Below, piece after piece: positions 1 to 14,989 of a stretch of DNA of 64,000 bases. Within the stretch, counting starts at the first letter, position 1; each line of letters starts with the position of its first letter. Under the pieces are notes generated by a model. The model did not search any database, was not told where the DNA came from, and worked only from the letters and a program-made list of their open reading frames with translations. A program made the translations under genes and the position numbers. This DNA is from Chrysomallon squamiferum (taxonomy: Eukaryota > Animalia > Mollusca): contig CM022666.1 of assembly GCA_012295275.1 (NCBI GenBank), positions 7,936,001-8,000,000 on the forward strand. Reading direction: 5' to 3'.

Positions 1-525
1 AACACTTAATCGTAACATAAAATCACTCTGACAGACAGACAAACAGAAAAACAGACTAATAATTACACTAGAGACAACATCAAGCTAAGTAAGAGACAGA
101 CCGACAAACAGAAAGACACTTACAGAGTGACAAACAGATGGACTCTTACGCTAATGACACAAACACGTATTTCAGCCTTTTGTATTCACAGACTCTGTTC
201 ACTTAGCGTTTCCGCCAGATCAAAGCAGCCGCGGAGAATTACTTTTAGCCTGTTTTACATTTCAATTTCCTTTCCCAGTTTCAAAGGCAGAAACATGAAA
301 GACAGGTACAATTAAAAAGTGCCGTACGTTCGGTCAGTAACTCTGGAGAAATAAATTTATATTTCGGTCATTCACAACGATGCTGTTTTGTTATTGTTAT
401 TATTGTAGTAGCTGTTGTTGTTGATGCCGTTGTTATTGCTGTGATTATTATTATTATTATTATTACTGTTGTTGATGATGCTGTTACCACGATTCCTCTT
501 ACAAATACTGCAGCTGTTACTATTA

Positions 526-563
<38 letters not shown>

Positions 564-2193
564 CAGTATGTATATGTGTGTGTGTGAATGTGTAATTGTA
601 TGCATATATATATATATATATATATATATAAGTTATATAGTCTAATATTATTAGTCCTTCATTTCATTATTTAATAATGTTAGTCGTGCGTGTGTTTTTT
701 AAAATCTTTTTAGTCATGCGCGTCATTAATATAATATACGAGAAAAGGAAAGAAAATATTTCAGGGACTGTCTAGAACGGGAAATATTCCTCCAATAAGA
801 AGGAATCAGTTTGAAATATATCATATTTTGGGCCAGTGATCTGATTTTTAAAACCCAGCTCGTTTGTTGAAGAAAATCGAGGGGAGGAAATCAATCAATA
901 AATAAATAAATAAGTAAATAACCTAGGAACAAATAAAATTAAGAAAAATGAAAAAAAATACTCATTAATATTTATAATACTTTCTTTAAATAATATCAGT
1001 ATAGCAAATGAATAAAAATATTATCAAGCAATAATGTTAACAACAACAGCAACAACAACAACAACAACAACAATATGATAAAGATAAGTACTACTAACCT
1101 CCATTAAAATTGAATTCCTGCTGAGTTTTTTCAGTACAAATCTATAAAGACATTCAAGTTACGAACTACAAAAACCTCATTACAGGCGGAAGAAAGCGAG
1201 CGGATTAATACTAATGTAAATAGTCCAGCGGAGAGGTACTAATTAGAAATTTGTATTGCTTCATGGCCGGAAGGAGTCACCGGAAGTTCTTAGAACGTGC
1301 TTTAGATCGCACGAGATATCCTTTTCATTGGTTCTTAATTAGACTTCTGCTTCAGGCACGTGCATAAACTGTCAAAGAAGTCACGTGTTTTTAAATTTAA
1401 AAAAAGAAAAAAGAAAAAAAAAAAAAAAGAGAGATAGAAAGAAAAAATATTGCGACCTTAAGGTATAGCGTTTAGGATATTTTCGGTTCAGTTAGAAAGA
1501 CTTGAAGGTAATATGGTTGTCCTGACATTAATGGAGTGACGTGGTTAAAATGATGTCACATTACTGTTTTGAATTTAAAAAACAAAATAGCACTTTTAAT
1601 GTTCAAACATTTCTGTGTTTACAGTTCGTGTGAATGTTAACTTCGCTATACTGAATTTTTTGTTTATTTTTATTTATTTATTTATTTACAAGCTTAGTAA
1701 ATTTTCGATTGTGTTTTCACCAATGATATTATAATTTATAACCTTTGTATTATAATAAAATTATAATATAGCATATACTTAACATTAATTTCATCATCTT
1801 GTTAAATTATTTTATTTTTGTATTATCTGGGTTTAAAAAAAAACCAAAACAACAACAACAACAACAATAACAACAGTGACAACGACCATTAATATAGAAT
1901 CTATATTGACGTTTTTAGTATGTCTGAGAGGGTTTTCTCACTGTGAAAATTACATCGTTTGATAGATTTTCGTTAAACAGTACCGTAAGAACGCTGAAAA
2001 ATGTAAAGACATTGGTCGTAAAAATTAGATAAATGACTGAAATCTCAGTTATTAGGAAAATTAAACAAACTGCAAGCATTTTACAGCTCCGAAGGCTCTA
2101 AAATACATCAAGCATGAATTTTGTACTTTGTTAAACTTGTAATGATTAAAACATTAGATAAACAGTTTTTGGGTTCATTTATTCAGATATATC

Positions 2194-2242
<49 letters not shown>

Positions 2243-4547
2243 TTTTAATGATGATGATAATGATGATGATGACGTCATTGATACTGATGATAACAGTTAT
2301 TAGTCTAAGATATACCAAACATTAGTGTTTCAGACAATGAAACGGTAAATATTAGCTTAGAAATTATCTGTCATGCTAAACTATTCAAGACACGAGTTGT
2401 TTCCCTTTATTAAACTCGTAACGCTGAAAACGTATAAACAATAGGCTTTGGTGCATTTATTAAGCTCTAAAATATATGAAAATTAGCTGTTTTCCTTAGT
2501 TAAACTATTAATAATTAGATGAAAACTCTATAATATATAAGGTATGAGTTACTTCCCTTTGTTAAATTCATTACGATCAGTATTTTAAAGTAATCATTAC
2601 CTTTTCATTAATCAATTTACCCTAAAATATATTATTATTGTAATAATACTTAGCTTATTTCTATTATTTTATTCATTGGTAATAAAGGGTTTACGACCGA
2701 TAAATGCACAAAACTTCAAATTTCAAGATGCTACAAGTTATATAAAATGCAATACTGATGTCTCTAATTTTTTTTTTTTAATAATTAATATCATAATATA
2801 TATATATATATACACATACACACACACACATACACAAATAAGAAACATACACACATATACACACACACACATTCACACATACATATCAGAGAACTGCTAC
2901 ATTAATGATTGTCGTCATCAATATCATTATTGTCGTCATCATCATCGTCATTATTTATACAAGTCGCATAAAGAAAAACTGTGTGTTTCAACGTTAAATA
3001 CGAATACAACGTGACAGACGACAATCGATAAAAGATGACTCGTAGAAGAATAATAATAGATTCAGTGACGTAGAATTTCAGCAGAACTTTACATTTTTGA
3101 TAATAAAAAAATACTAATAATAAGCACTCAGAAAATAACGTCGCTTCAAGTTTGAGATGCTTTACGACAAGGGATGTGTAATTCGCTGACAGCATGACAA
3201 CAATGGGAATATAATCTTGATGAAATGCAAACAAGAGGAATCAGGTTTCTTTTGAAACGGCGGTTAGCGCGATGTTCTGATAAAGCCATGTTTAATTACT
3301 AGTAATTCCGAGACGTGTTGGCTGATATAATTAACAATAGTGTTTTGTTGCAGTGATTACTGATGGTTTCATTATTCATGTTCATCCAGTTTTAACTGGC
3401 TTTACTAATGATCCATACGGAAATAAGGTTATAAATAGTGGTAAAATAATGTTATTAATTTTCTGATTACCGGGCATTCAGAGAGATAAAGAGTTCTTGT
3501 GTGTGGATGTGTTTGTGTGTTTTTCTTTAAGTGTGTTATAAACAAATTATAAACAGAACGTGTGTGATAATAAATGAAAGATAAAAATAGACAAGACAGT
3601 TCGATAGATATATGTATATATATATATATGTATATTTGTATTTTATTTTTATTTTTATTTTTTTATTTTTTTTTTTATTTATTTATTTATTTATTTATTT
3701 ATTTTTTTTTTTATTCATTTTGTTTAATATTTCTTTCGTTCGTTTTTGATTTTAAGGGACTTTTTTGTCATTGTTATTTTGTAAATTTCATTTCGTTTTA
3801 TTTACTTACAGTTTTATTTATTTATGTATTTATTTATTTAAATTTTTGTTATGTTCAGGAAACGTTAAATTAAATATTCAAAGTCATACATCAACTTGTT
3901 GTTTCACGGTGACAAACAGTGAGGTAATAATTTTATCCTGCCGTTGAAAACTGACAGCACAAGTTGGGCGTTTTGACACAAAAACACGATACTTTGCGTT
4001 TTTATTGTCTTTCTTTCGTCTGACATTTTCTGTTTAATTAAATAATCCACGAAGTTGTTTTATTCTCTGAATTTATAGCAGACAAATTATCACAGATTTT
4101 GAAAATAACGAAAATAATTCTCGAATTTGTAACAAAATTAAAATTAAAAAACAAGCAAACAACATTGGAAGAGCCGCTTTTCCATTGTTAAAAAGGTTTT
4201 TTTGTTAGTGATTTTAACTGTCTTTGTTGAAAGCTTTGCCATAAATGTTAAATAAATTTACCTGAGATGTTAGTGCAAAATACTTAAGTAAACATGATTC
4301 ATTTTTTTTTTTTTTTTTACTTAATATGTTAAGGAACTTAATGCAGATTTCCATAATGGTTTGAACAAAATCTTTACAACAAAAAATGATATTAGATTTC
4401 ATGGTGATGATGATGATGACAACAATAACAGTAAATAGAAAATAATTAATATAACATATAATGTAATGTAATGTAATGTAATATAATATTATTATATTTA
4501 TTAAAAAATTATATATTTTTTAATAAAATAATAATAATAATAATTAT

Positions 4548-4582
<35 letters not shown>

Positions 4583-5373
4583 GCACAATAATAATGGTAA
4601 TAGTAATAATAAAAATAGTAATGATAACAGAAACATGATGATAACAAACAACAACAACAACAATCATAATAATAATCACTTTTAAAACCTCAAAATGCAC
4701 TTTTTTACAACCTTGTTGTGTTCACTACTTTCCTGGCCACTATACTTCACATGTAAATGGCTGATTACCTACATCCTTTGTTCTAATGAGAAATAGGAAG
4801 GTTCTTATTTATATTAACAAAGATTAAGAAATCTGGAAGTAGCAGTATAACGACTGCAAGTCATAATATACCTCGGGGGCCAGAGTTGCCCAACCTTACC
4901 CTAAAAGTGTATGTATGTTTGCATATATACGTATGTATATATGCATATATATGTGTGTGTATATATGTAAATATAATGTATTTAACAACAACAACAATAA
5001 TAATAATAATAATTTAAAAAAAAAACACATTCAGTAACAGCAACAACAGCAATAACAAAGAGCAACACATTTAAACACCTCAATAAGGCCTCGTCCCATT
5101 GACAACAGAATAATTAATATAAAATTAAAAAGACAGTTACATAAACATATATCGTCCCATTTCATAAATCACCAGTGACACAACGTATATCGTGAATCAA
5201 AACCTAATTAATGGATTAGCTTTGCTGCTGTAATTTATACGTCTGGTAAAACGATACATTTTTAATCAGCGGCTTTTCTCTCTCACATAAACACTTTTCA
5301 TTACAAGCTCCTTGGTGCAAGAAACTGCAGCAAACAGTTTTAGAAAACTTTTCGAATAAAGTTCGTTTCGATC

Positions 5374-6947
5374 ATGTGGAAAAAGATTTCACCTTATTCG
5401 TGTATTAGCTTCTATATAGGTATGTATATGTTTTTATATAGGTAGGTACCTGTTTTTATAAAGGTATATATCTTTACACAGATATATTACATATATATTA
5501 ATTTATATATATCAGTGCTTATGATTATATAAATATTATCTGTTTTTATGTATATATCTGTAGAGATAAGTATCTGCTTGTATCAAGGAATATAAGCACT
5601 TTTATATAGGTAGGTGTCAGCTTGAATATAGATGTAGTTGTAACATTATTAGTAGTGTCATTGGTATTAGTATTAGCTGATGATGATGTTGATGAAGATA
5701 AATGTATTTGCCATTTCTTTCCAGTGTTCATCATTCTGCTCGGTACTGAACGTCTGTTATCAAACGAAGTTGCTGCCATCCAGTTCACCGAAAGAGGAGG
5801 CAGACGATGTTACAGTGGCAGACGAGATATTATCGGACAACTGTCGTCTGCTGTCACAGGCTTCACAGCTAATTTGCACAAGGAGGCTGTTGGCGGGAAA
5901 TCAGATGCCGTGTATTCTCCGTACAGCATATTTCAGGCGATGACGATGACGTATTTAGGAGCTGGAGGAAACACGGCACAAAATATGAAAATTGCTCTGA
6001 ATCTTAAACATCTGGGTAGATGCACGCACGAGGCTGTGCGTTTCGCCAACGCCAATATGTCTGACTCGACGAGTGTCGCGTTGAAAACAGCCAATCGGCT
6101 TTATGTTTCTGACAAGGTGAGACTTCTTGAGGAATTCCAGCAAACACTTACGTCATATTATGGTTCAGCAATTCTTCCCTTTGACTGGAGCCACGCGGGC
6201 GGACCGGAGACTCCCATCAATGCCTGGGTATCGAATGTCACACAAGGTTTGATTCCTCGTCTTCTCGGGGCAGATTTCATCAAAAAAGACACGGCGTTGC
6301 TTCTGGTGAACGCTATCTATTTCAAAGGGTCGTGGAAGACAGAATTTGATAAAACCAAAACGACGGATGAAGTTTTCTACAAGTCCCCTGACACAGAAAT
6401 AATGGTTCCCATGATGCATCTGACAGGGAAGTTTCCGTTCCTCAGTCTGGACAGTCGTGGAGTTCAGATACTGATGATTCCGTACACCGGGGAGAGATTT
6501 GCGATGTACGTCATTCTTCCGAACGACGTGCACGGGCTCGCTGCTGTCGAGTCTGTTCTACCTTCGATTCTCAGAGACAGTCTGGATTCACTGCAAACAG
6601 CAGACGTCAGACTATCACTGCCCAGATTTAAACTCCAGTCTTCGTTTGACTTGAATCAAGCGCTCATCAACATAAACATGACTGAACCGTTTAATATCAG
6701 CACAGCTGACTTTTCGAGGATAACAGGTACGAACAACCTGTATGTGTCCAAAGTGATTCACAAGGCCGTCGTTGAAGTCAACGAAGAGGGGACAGAGGCA
6801 GCTGCGGCAACAGCAGTGAAGATCACCTTTAAAAGTATCGGCTTCAACAAGAAGGTCTTCACTGCAGATCACCCGTTTTTCTTTGTTATTCGAGACAATG
6901 TTATGAAGTTGCCTCTCTTTCTTGGGAAGTATTCTGGAGGCAGCTAA
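5374..6947 (+). CDS. Secreted inhibitory serpin, copy 1 (exons 5374-5419, 5725-6947); predicted P1-P1' Lys-Ser
   Basis: Exon 1 MWKKISPYSCISFYI ends at G|GTATGT; acceptor TTTCCAG|TG gives in-frame VFIILLG..., a signal-peptide-like N-terminus. Serpin motifs SPYSI, NAIYFKGSW, LPRFKL, hinge EEGTEAAAAT and FTADHPFFFVI are present. Confidence 0.95.
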
Positions 6948-6989
6948 GCTGTTCTGTTCAAAGCGTATCATCATAGAGATATGTACAAT

Positions 6990-7195
6990 ATTTTTATAGC
7001 TTATTGAAATAAATAAATTGCTCTGATAGCTTATTGAAATAAATAAATTGTTTTTATAGCTTATTGAAATAAATAAACTGCTTTGATGGCTTATTGAAAT
7101 ATCCATGAACATTTTGGTAGGTTACTCAATAACGTAAAACGCTTTGATAGCTTACTCAAATACGTAATATACTTTGATAGCTTATTTGAATAAGC
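6990..7195 (+). repeat. About 30-bp tandem repeat in the serpin 3' UTR (GATAGCTTATTGAAATAAATAAA...), repeated AATAAA signals; also at about 10385-10620 and 13815-14020
   Basis: Direct reading: 30-bp period; the first three units contain AATAAA, later units read GATAGCTTACTCAAATACGTA. Confidence 0.85.
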
Positions 7196-8487
7196 ACACT
7201 TTGCAGTATATAGTTACATGTGATATCATATTACTGCTTTTCACACAGAATCAAAACCCGCCATTTCTGTAGATTAAACAAAACGTTTAAAGCAAGATAA
7301 AATAACAAATGACAAGTGTATTTTGTGAAACAGTAAATAATACGAATAACTGTAACCAATATGAATAAAAACGTTAATTTCAACGATTTGCATTCATTTT
7401 AATATTAACAAAATTACAGAACGAATCATATTAAGCTGTAAATAAAACCTGAGATTTATAAAAAAAAACACAACAAAAAACAAAAACAAACCAACAATCT
7501 AAATATACTGAATGATGTATATAGCTAAATACACTAAACGCTACAATCACAAAAACAAGCAAAGAAACCATATTAATTTTGGCTGTTGCTTGTAACCCAC
7601 GTATCACGTTTATGATCCATTTTTAGACAAAGGGTAAACAGATGTGTGACGTCATGGGCAGCTGTTGGGTACTGGGACAATTCATTAACAAACCGATAAT
7701 TTTAAAATAATTATCGAATAGAGGATTATTAATATTATTTCTTTCCATATAATTAAAGAACAATAACAAAAATATGCATTTAATCTTTGACTATTGCTCT
7801 TTAAAACAAACATACATCGGATGTCAAAATACTTTTTTCTTTGTGTCTCCCCTTCACTCATTATTTTGTTTCCTCATTCTCTCACTCACTTTGTTCATTT
7901 TTCTTTAACTGTCTCTGTTTCTGTCTCTCTATTGTTGGTCGGTCTCTCTCTCTCTCTCGATATATATATACATATATATATGTATTTATGTATGTGTGTA
8001 TATATATATATACACACACACACATACATACATAATACATATATATATGTATGTTTGTATGTATGTATGTATGTATGCGTGCATATATGTATATATATGT
8101 ATATATAATAATAATAATAATAATTTTAAAAAAAATCCACAATTCAAAAAGAGCAACGACAGCAATAACAAAAAGCCACACATTTAAACACCTCAACAAG
8201 GCATCATCCCATTGACAACAGAATAATTAATATAAAATTAAAAAGACAGTTACATAAACATATATCGTCCCATTTCATAAATCACCAGTGACACAACGTG
8301 CATCGTGAATCAAAAACCTAATTAATGGATTAGCTTTGCTGCTGTAATTTATACGACTGGTAAAACGATACATTTTTAATCAGCTGCTTTTCTCTCGCAC
8401 ATAAACACTTTTCATTACAAGCTCCTCGGTGTAAGAAACTGCAGAAAACAGTTTTAGAAAACTTGGCGAATAAAGTTCGTTTCGATC

Positions 8488-10341
8488 ATGTGGAAAAGTA
8501 TTTCACCTTATTCGTGTATTAGCTTCTATACAGGTATGTATGTTTTTATACATGTGTGTATCCTTCTATAAATAGATATCTGGTTTTGTGTGTGTGTGTC
8601 TGTTTTATATATATATCTCGATAGAGGAAAATATGTGTAAATAGGTGTGTTAGTATTAGTCTGTTTCCTCTGGCTGACAATAGCTCAGCCGTATTAGGTT
8701 AGTATGTGTGCGGACGTGTGTGTGTGTGTGTGTGTGTATATATACCTATATGTTTCTGTTAAGTAAGTATCAATATATTTGTAGAGATAAGTATCTGCTT
8801 GTATCAAGGAACGTAAGCACTTTTATCTAGGTGGGTATCAGCTTGAATATAGATGTACTAGTAACATTATTGGTATTAGTAGCATTAGTAGTAGTAGTAG
8901 TGGTAGTACAAATGGTAGTAGTAGTCTTAGTGGCAGTACTAGCAGCAGTGGCAGTAGAAGCAATAGTATTAGTAATAATAATAATGACATCCAAGAAAAC
9001 AAATAATCATGTTGGTCGTCATTACAATAATAAAATGACGACAGTAATACTGCTGCTGCTGCTGCTGCTGCTGCTGATGATGTTGATGAAGATAAATGTG
9101 TTTGTCATTTCTTTCCAGTGTTCATCATTCTGCTCGGTACTGAACGTCTGTTATCAAACGAGGTTGCTGCCGTCCAGTTCACCGAAAGAGGAGGCAGACG
9201 ATGTTACGGTGGCAGACGAGATATTATCGGACAACTGTCGTCTGCTGTCACAGGCTTCACAGCTAATTTGCATAAGGAGGCTGTTGGCGGGAAATCAGAT
9301 GCCGTGTATTCTCCGTACAGCATATTTCAGGCGATGACGATGACGTATTTAGGAGCTGGACGAAACACGGCACAAAATATGAAAATTGCTCTGAATCTTA
9401 AACATCTGGGTAGATGCACGCACGAGGCTGTGCGTTTCGCCAACGCCAATATGTCTGACTCGACTAGTGTCGCGTTGAAAACAGCCAATCGGCTTTATGT
9501 TTCTGACAAGGTGAGAGTTCTTGAGGAATTCCAGCAAACACTTACGTCATATTATGGTTCAGCAATTCTTCCTTTTGACTGGAGCCACGCCGGCGGACCG
9601 GAGACTCCCATCAATGCCTGGGTATCGAATGTCACACAAGGTTTGATTCCTCGTCTCCTCTCGGCAGGTTTCATCAAAAAAGACACGGCGTTGCTTCTGG
9701 TGAACGCTATCTATTTCAAAGGGTCGTGGAAGACAGAATTTGATAAAACCAAAACGACGGATGAAATTTTCTACAAGTCCGCTGACGCAGAAATAATGGT
9801 TCCCATGATGCATCTGACAGGGAAGTTTCCGTTCCTCAGTCTGGACAGTCGTGGAGTTCAGATACTGATGATTCCGTACACCGGGGAGAGATTTGCGATG
9901 TACGTCATTCTTCCGAACGAAAGACACGGGCTCGCTGCTGTCGAGTCTGTTCTACCTTCGATTCTCAGAGACAGTCTGGATTCACTGCAAACAGCAGACG
10001 TCAGACTATCACTGCCCAGATTTAAACTCCAGTCTTCGTTTGACTTGAAACAAGCGCTCATCAACATAAACATGACTGAACCGTTTATTGCCAACACGGC
10101 TGACTTTTCGAGGATAACAGGTACGAACAATCTGTATGTGTCCAAAGTGATTCACAAGGCCGTCGTTGAAGTCAACGAAGAGGGGACAGAGGCAGCTGCG
10201 GCAACAGCAGTGCTATTCATCCGTACAAGTACCGGTTTCCACAAGAAGGTCTTCACTGCAGATCACCCGTTTTTCTTTGTTATTCGAGACAATGTTATGA
10301 AGTTGCCTCTCTTTCTTGGGAAGTATTCTGGAGGCAGCTAA
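8488..10341 (+). CDS. Secreted inhibitory serpin, copy 2 (exons 8488-8533, 9119-10341); RCL LFIRT-STGF
   Basis: Same exon structure, phase-1 intron and serpin motifs as copy 1; reading frame intact. Confidence 0.95.
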
Positions 10342-11410
10342 GCTGTTCTGTTCAAAGCGTATCATCATCGGGATACGTACAATATTTTGACAGCTTATTG
10401 AAATAAATAAATTGCTTTGATAGCTTATTGAAATAAATAAATTGTTTTTATAGCTTATTGAAATAAATAAACTGCTTTGATGGCTTATTGAAATATCCAT
10501 GAACATTTTGGTAGGTTACTCAATAACGTAAAACGCTTTGATAGCTTACTCAAATACGTAAAATACTTTGATAGCTTACTCAAATACGTAATATACTTTG
10601 ATAGCTTATTTGAATAAGCACACTTTGCAATACATATTTACATGTGATATCATATGACTGCTTTTCACACAGAATCAAAACCCGCCATTTCTGTAGATTA
10701 AACAAAACGTTTAAAGCAAGATAAAATAACAAATGACAAGTGTATTTTGTGAAACAGTAAATAATACGAATAACTGTAACCAATATGAATAAAAACGTTA
10801 ATTTCAACGATTTGCATGCATTTTAATATTAAGAAAATTACAGAACGAATCATATTAAGCTGTAAATAAAACCTGAGATTTATAAAAAAAAACACAACAA
10901 AAAACAAAAACAAACCAACAATCTAAATATACTGAATGATGTATATAGCTAAATACACTAAACGCTACAATCACAAAAACAAGCAAAGAAACCATATTAA
11001 TTTTGGCTGTTGCTTGTAACCCACGTATCACGTTTATGATCTATTTTTAGACAAAGTGTAGATAGATGTGTGACGTCATGGGCAGCTGTTGGGTCAATTC
11101 ATTCACAAACCGATAATTTTTAAATAATTATCGAATAGAGGATTATTAATATTATTTCTTTCCATATAATTAAAGAACAATAACAAAAACATGCATTTGT
11201 ACTTTGACTATTGCTCTTTAAAACAAACATACCTCGGATTTCAAAATACTTTTTTCTTTGTGTCTCCCCTTCAGTCATTACATTGTTTCCTCATTCTCTC
11301 ACTCATTTGTTCATTTTTCTTTAACTGTCTCTGTTTCTGTCTCTCTATTGTCGGTCGGTCTCTCTCTCTCTCTCTCTCTCGATATATATACATATATATA
11401 TGTATTTATG

Positions 11411-11452
<42 letters not shown>

Positions 11453-11916
11453 TACATACATACATACATATATATATGTATGTTTGTATGTATGTATGTA
11501 TGTATGCGTGCATATATGTATATATATGTATATATAATAATAATAATAATAATTTTAAAAAAATCCACAATTCAAAAAGAGCAACGACAGCAATAACAAA
11601 GATCCACACATTTAAACACCTCAACAAGGCCTCAGTTGACAACAGAATAATTAAAATGAAACTAAAAAAAAAAGAATGTAACATAAACAAATATCGTCCC
11701 ATTTCATAAATCACCAGTGACACAACGTGTATCGTGAATCAAAAACCTAATTAATGGATTAGCTTTGCTGCTGTAATTTATACGACTGGTAAAACGATAC
11801 ATTTTTAATCAGCTGCTTTTCTCTCGCACATAAACACTTCTCATTACAAGCTCCTCGGTTGAAGAAACTGCAGAAAACAGTTTTAGAAAACTTGGCGAAT
11901 AAAGTTCGTTTCGATC

Positions 11917-13771
11917 ATGTGGAAAAAGATTTCAGCTTATTCGTGTATTAGCTTCTATATAGGTATGTATATGTTTTTATACATGACTGTATCATTCTAT
12001 AAACACATATCTGGTTTTGTGTGGGTGTGTCTGTTTTACATATATATATATATATCTCGATAGAGGAAAATATGTGTAAATAGGTGTGTTAGTATTAGTC
12101 TGTTTCCTCTGGCGGACAATAGCTCAGCCATACTAGGTTAGTGTGTTTGCGGACGTGTGTGTGTGTGTGTGTCTGTATATATACAGATATGTTTCTGTTA
12201 AGTAAGTATCAATATATTTGTAGAGATAAGTATGTGCTTGTATCAAGGAATGTAAGCACCTTTATATAGGTGGGTATCAGCTTGAATATAGATGTACTAG
12301 TAACCTTACTGGTATTAGTAGCATTAGTAGTAGCTGTAGTGGTAGTATAAATGGTAGTAGTAGTCAGAGTGGCAGTACTAGCAGCAGTAGCAGTAGAAGT
12401 AATAGTATTAGTAATAATAATAATGACATCCAAGAAAAAGAAATAATCATGTTGGTCGTAATTACAATAATAAAATGACGACAGTAATACTGCTGCTGCT
12501 GCTGCTGCTGATGATGATGAAGATAAATGTATTTGCCATTTCTTTCCAGTGTTCATCATTCTGCTCGGTACAGAACGTCTGTTATCAAACGAGGTTGCTG
12601 CCGTCCAGTTCACCGAAAGAGGAGGCAGACGATGTTACGGTGGCAGACGAGATATTATCGGACAACTGTCGTCTGCTGTCACAGGCTTCACAGCTAATTT
12701 GCATAAGGAGGCTGCTGGCGGGAAATCAGATGCCGTGTATTCTCCGTACAGCATATTTCAGGCGATGACGATGACGTATTTAGGAGCTCGACGAAACACG
12801 GCACAAAATATGAAAATTGCTCTGAATCTTAAACATCTGGGTAGATGCACGCACGAGGCTGTGCGTTTCGCCAACGGCAATATGTCTGACTCGACGAGTG
12901 TCGCGTTGAAAACAGCCAATCGGCTTTATGTTTCTGACAAGGTGAGAGTTCTTGAGGAATTCCAGCAAACACTTACGTCATATTATGGTTCAGCAATTCT
13001 TCCTTTTGACTGGAGCCACGCCGGCGGACCGGAGACTCCCATCAATGCCTGGGTGTCGAATGTCACACAAGGTTTGATTCCTCGTCTCCTCTCGGCAGGT
13101 TTCATCAAAAAGACACGGCGTTGCTTCTGGTGAACGCTATCTATTTCAAAGGGTCGTGGAAGACAGAATTTGATGAAACCAAAACGACGGATGAAGTTTT
13201 CTACAAGTCCCCTGACACAGAAATAATGGTTCCCATGATGCATCTGACAGGGAAGTTTCCGTTCCTCAGTCTGGACAGTCGTGGAGTTCAGTTACTGATG
13301 ATTCCGTACACCGGGGAGAGATTTGCGATGTACGTCATTCTGCCGAACGACATGCACGGGCTCGCTGCTGTCGAGTCTGTTCTACCTTCGATTCTCAGAG
13401 ACAGTCTGGATTCACTGCAAACAGCAGACGTCAGACTATCACTGCCCAGATTTAAACTCCAGTCTTCGTTTGACTTGAATCAAGCGCTCATCAACATAAA
13501 CATGACTGAACCGTTTATTGCCAACACAGCTGACTTTTCGAGGATAACAGGTACGAACAACCTGTATGTATCCAAAGTGATTCACAAGGCCGTCGTTGAA
13601 GTCAACGAAGAGGGGACAGAGGCAGCTGCGGCAACAGCAGTGCAGATCATCCGTACAAGTACCGGTTTCAACAAGAAGGTCTTCACTGCAGATCACCCGT
13701 TTTTCTTTGTTATTCGAGACAATGTTATGAAGTTGCCTCTCTTTCTTGGGAAGTTTTCTGGAGGCAGCTAA
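11917..13771 (+). pseudogene. Serpin copy 3 (exons 11917-11962, 12550-13771) with a 1-nt deletion in an A-run at 13107-13111; RCL QIIRT-STGF; pseudogene or assembly indel
   Basis: ATC-AAAAA-GAC here versus ATC-AAAAAA-GAC in copies 1, 2 and 4, which splits the ORF into 12549-13133 and 13121-13771. No other disabling change seen. Confidence 0.75.
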
Positions 13772-14771
13772 GCTGTTCTGTTCAAAGCGTATCATCATCG
13801 GGATACGTACAATATTTTGACAGCTTATTGAAATAAATAAATTGCTTTGATAGCTTATTGAAATAAATAAATTGTTTTTATAGCTTATTGAAATAAATAA
13901 ACTGCTTTGATGGCTTATTGAAATATCCATGAACATTTTGGTAGGTTACTCAATAACGTAAAACGCTTTGATAGCTTACTCAAATACGTAATATACTTTG
14001 ATAGCTTATTTGAATAAGCACACTTTGCAGTATATAGTTACATGTGATATCATATTACTGCTTTTCACACAGAATCAAAACCCGCCATTTCTGTAGATTA
14101 AACAAAACGTTTAAAGCAAGATAAAATAACAAATGACAAGTGTATTTTGTGAAACAGTAAATAATACGAATAACTGTAACCAATATGAATAAAAACGTTA
14201 ATTTCAACGATTTACATGCATTTTAATATTAAAAAAATTACAGAACGAATCATATTAAGCTGTAAATAAAACCTCAGATTTATAAAAAAACAACAAAAAA
14301 CAAAAACAAAACAACAATCTAAATATACTGAATGATGTAGATAGCTAAATACACTAAAGAGCAACAATCACAAAAACAAGCAAATTAATTTTGGCTGTTG
14401 CTTGTAACCCACGTATCACGTTTATGATCCATTTTTAGACAAAGGGTAAACAGATGTGTGACGTCATGGGCAGCTGTTGGGTACTGGGACAATTCATTAA
14501 CAAACCGATAATTTTAAAATAATTATCGAATAGAGGATTATTAATATTATTTCTTTCCATATAATTAAAGAACAATAACAAAATCATGCATTTGTACTTT
14601 GACTATTGCTCTTTAAAACAAACATACATCGGATTTCAAAATACTTTTTTCTTTGTGTCTCCCCTTCACTCATTACATTGTTTCCTCATTCTCTCACTCA
14701 CTTTGTTCATTTTTCTTTAACTGTCTCTGTTTCTGTCTCTCTATTGTCGGTCTCTCTCTTGTCTCTCTCGG

Positions 14772-14940
<169 letters not shown>

Positions 14941-14957
14941 GTATGTGTATATATGTA

Positions 14958-14989
<32 letters not shown>

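Noticed and set aside
127-315. Possible first exon (ATGAAAGACAG|GTACAA near 295-311)
   Set aside because: No downstream exon or homology could be linked; insufficient support.
1960-2600. Loosely periodic sequence (CTCTAAAATA...CCTTTGTTAAACT)
   Set aside because: Too degenerate to define a unit by eye; probably an old decayed satellite.
2121-4700. YI-, I- and F-rich ORFs here and throughout the window
   Set aside because: Translations of (TA)n, (TAA)n, (TTTA)n, (CT)n and (CA)n microsatellites.
5622-5724. N-terminal extension of the 441-aa serpin ORF (MNIDVVVTLLVVSLVLVLADDD...), which looks like a signal peptide
   Set aside because: It starts at TTG inside the intron and is not open in the other copies; a conserved ATG exon with matching splice phase exists upstream in all four.
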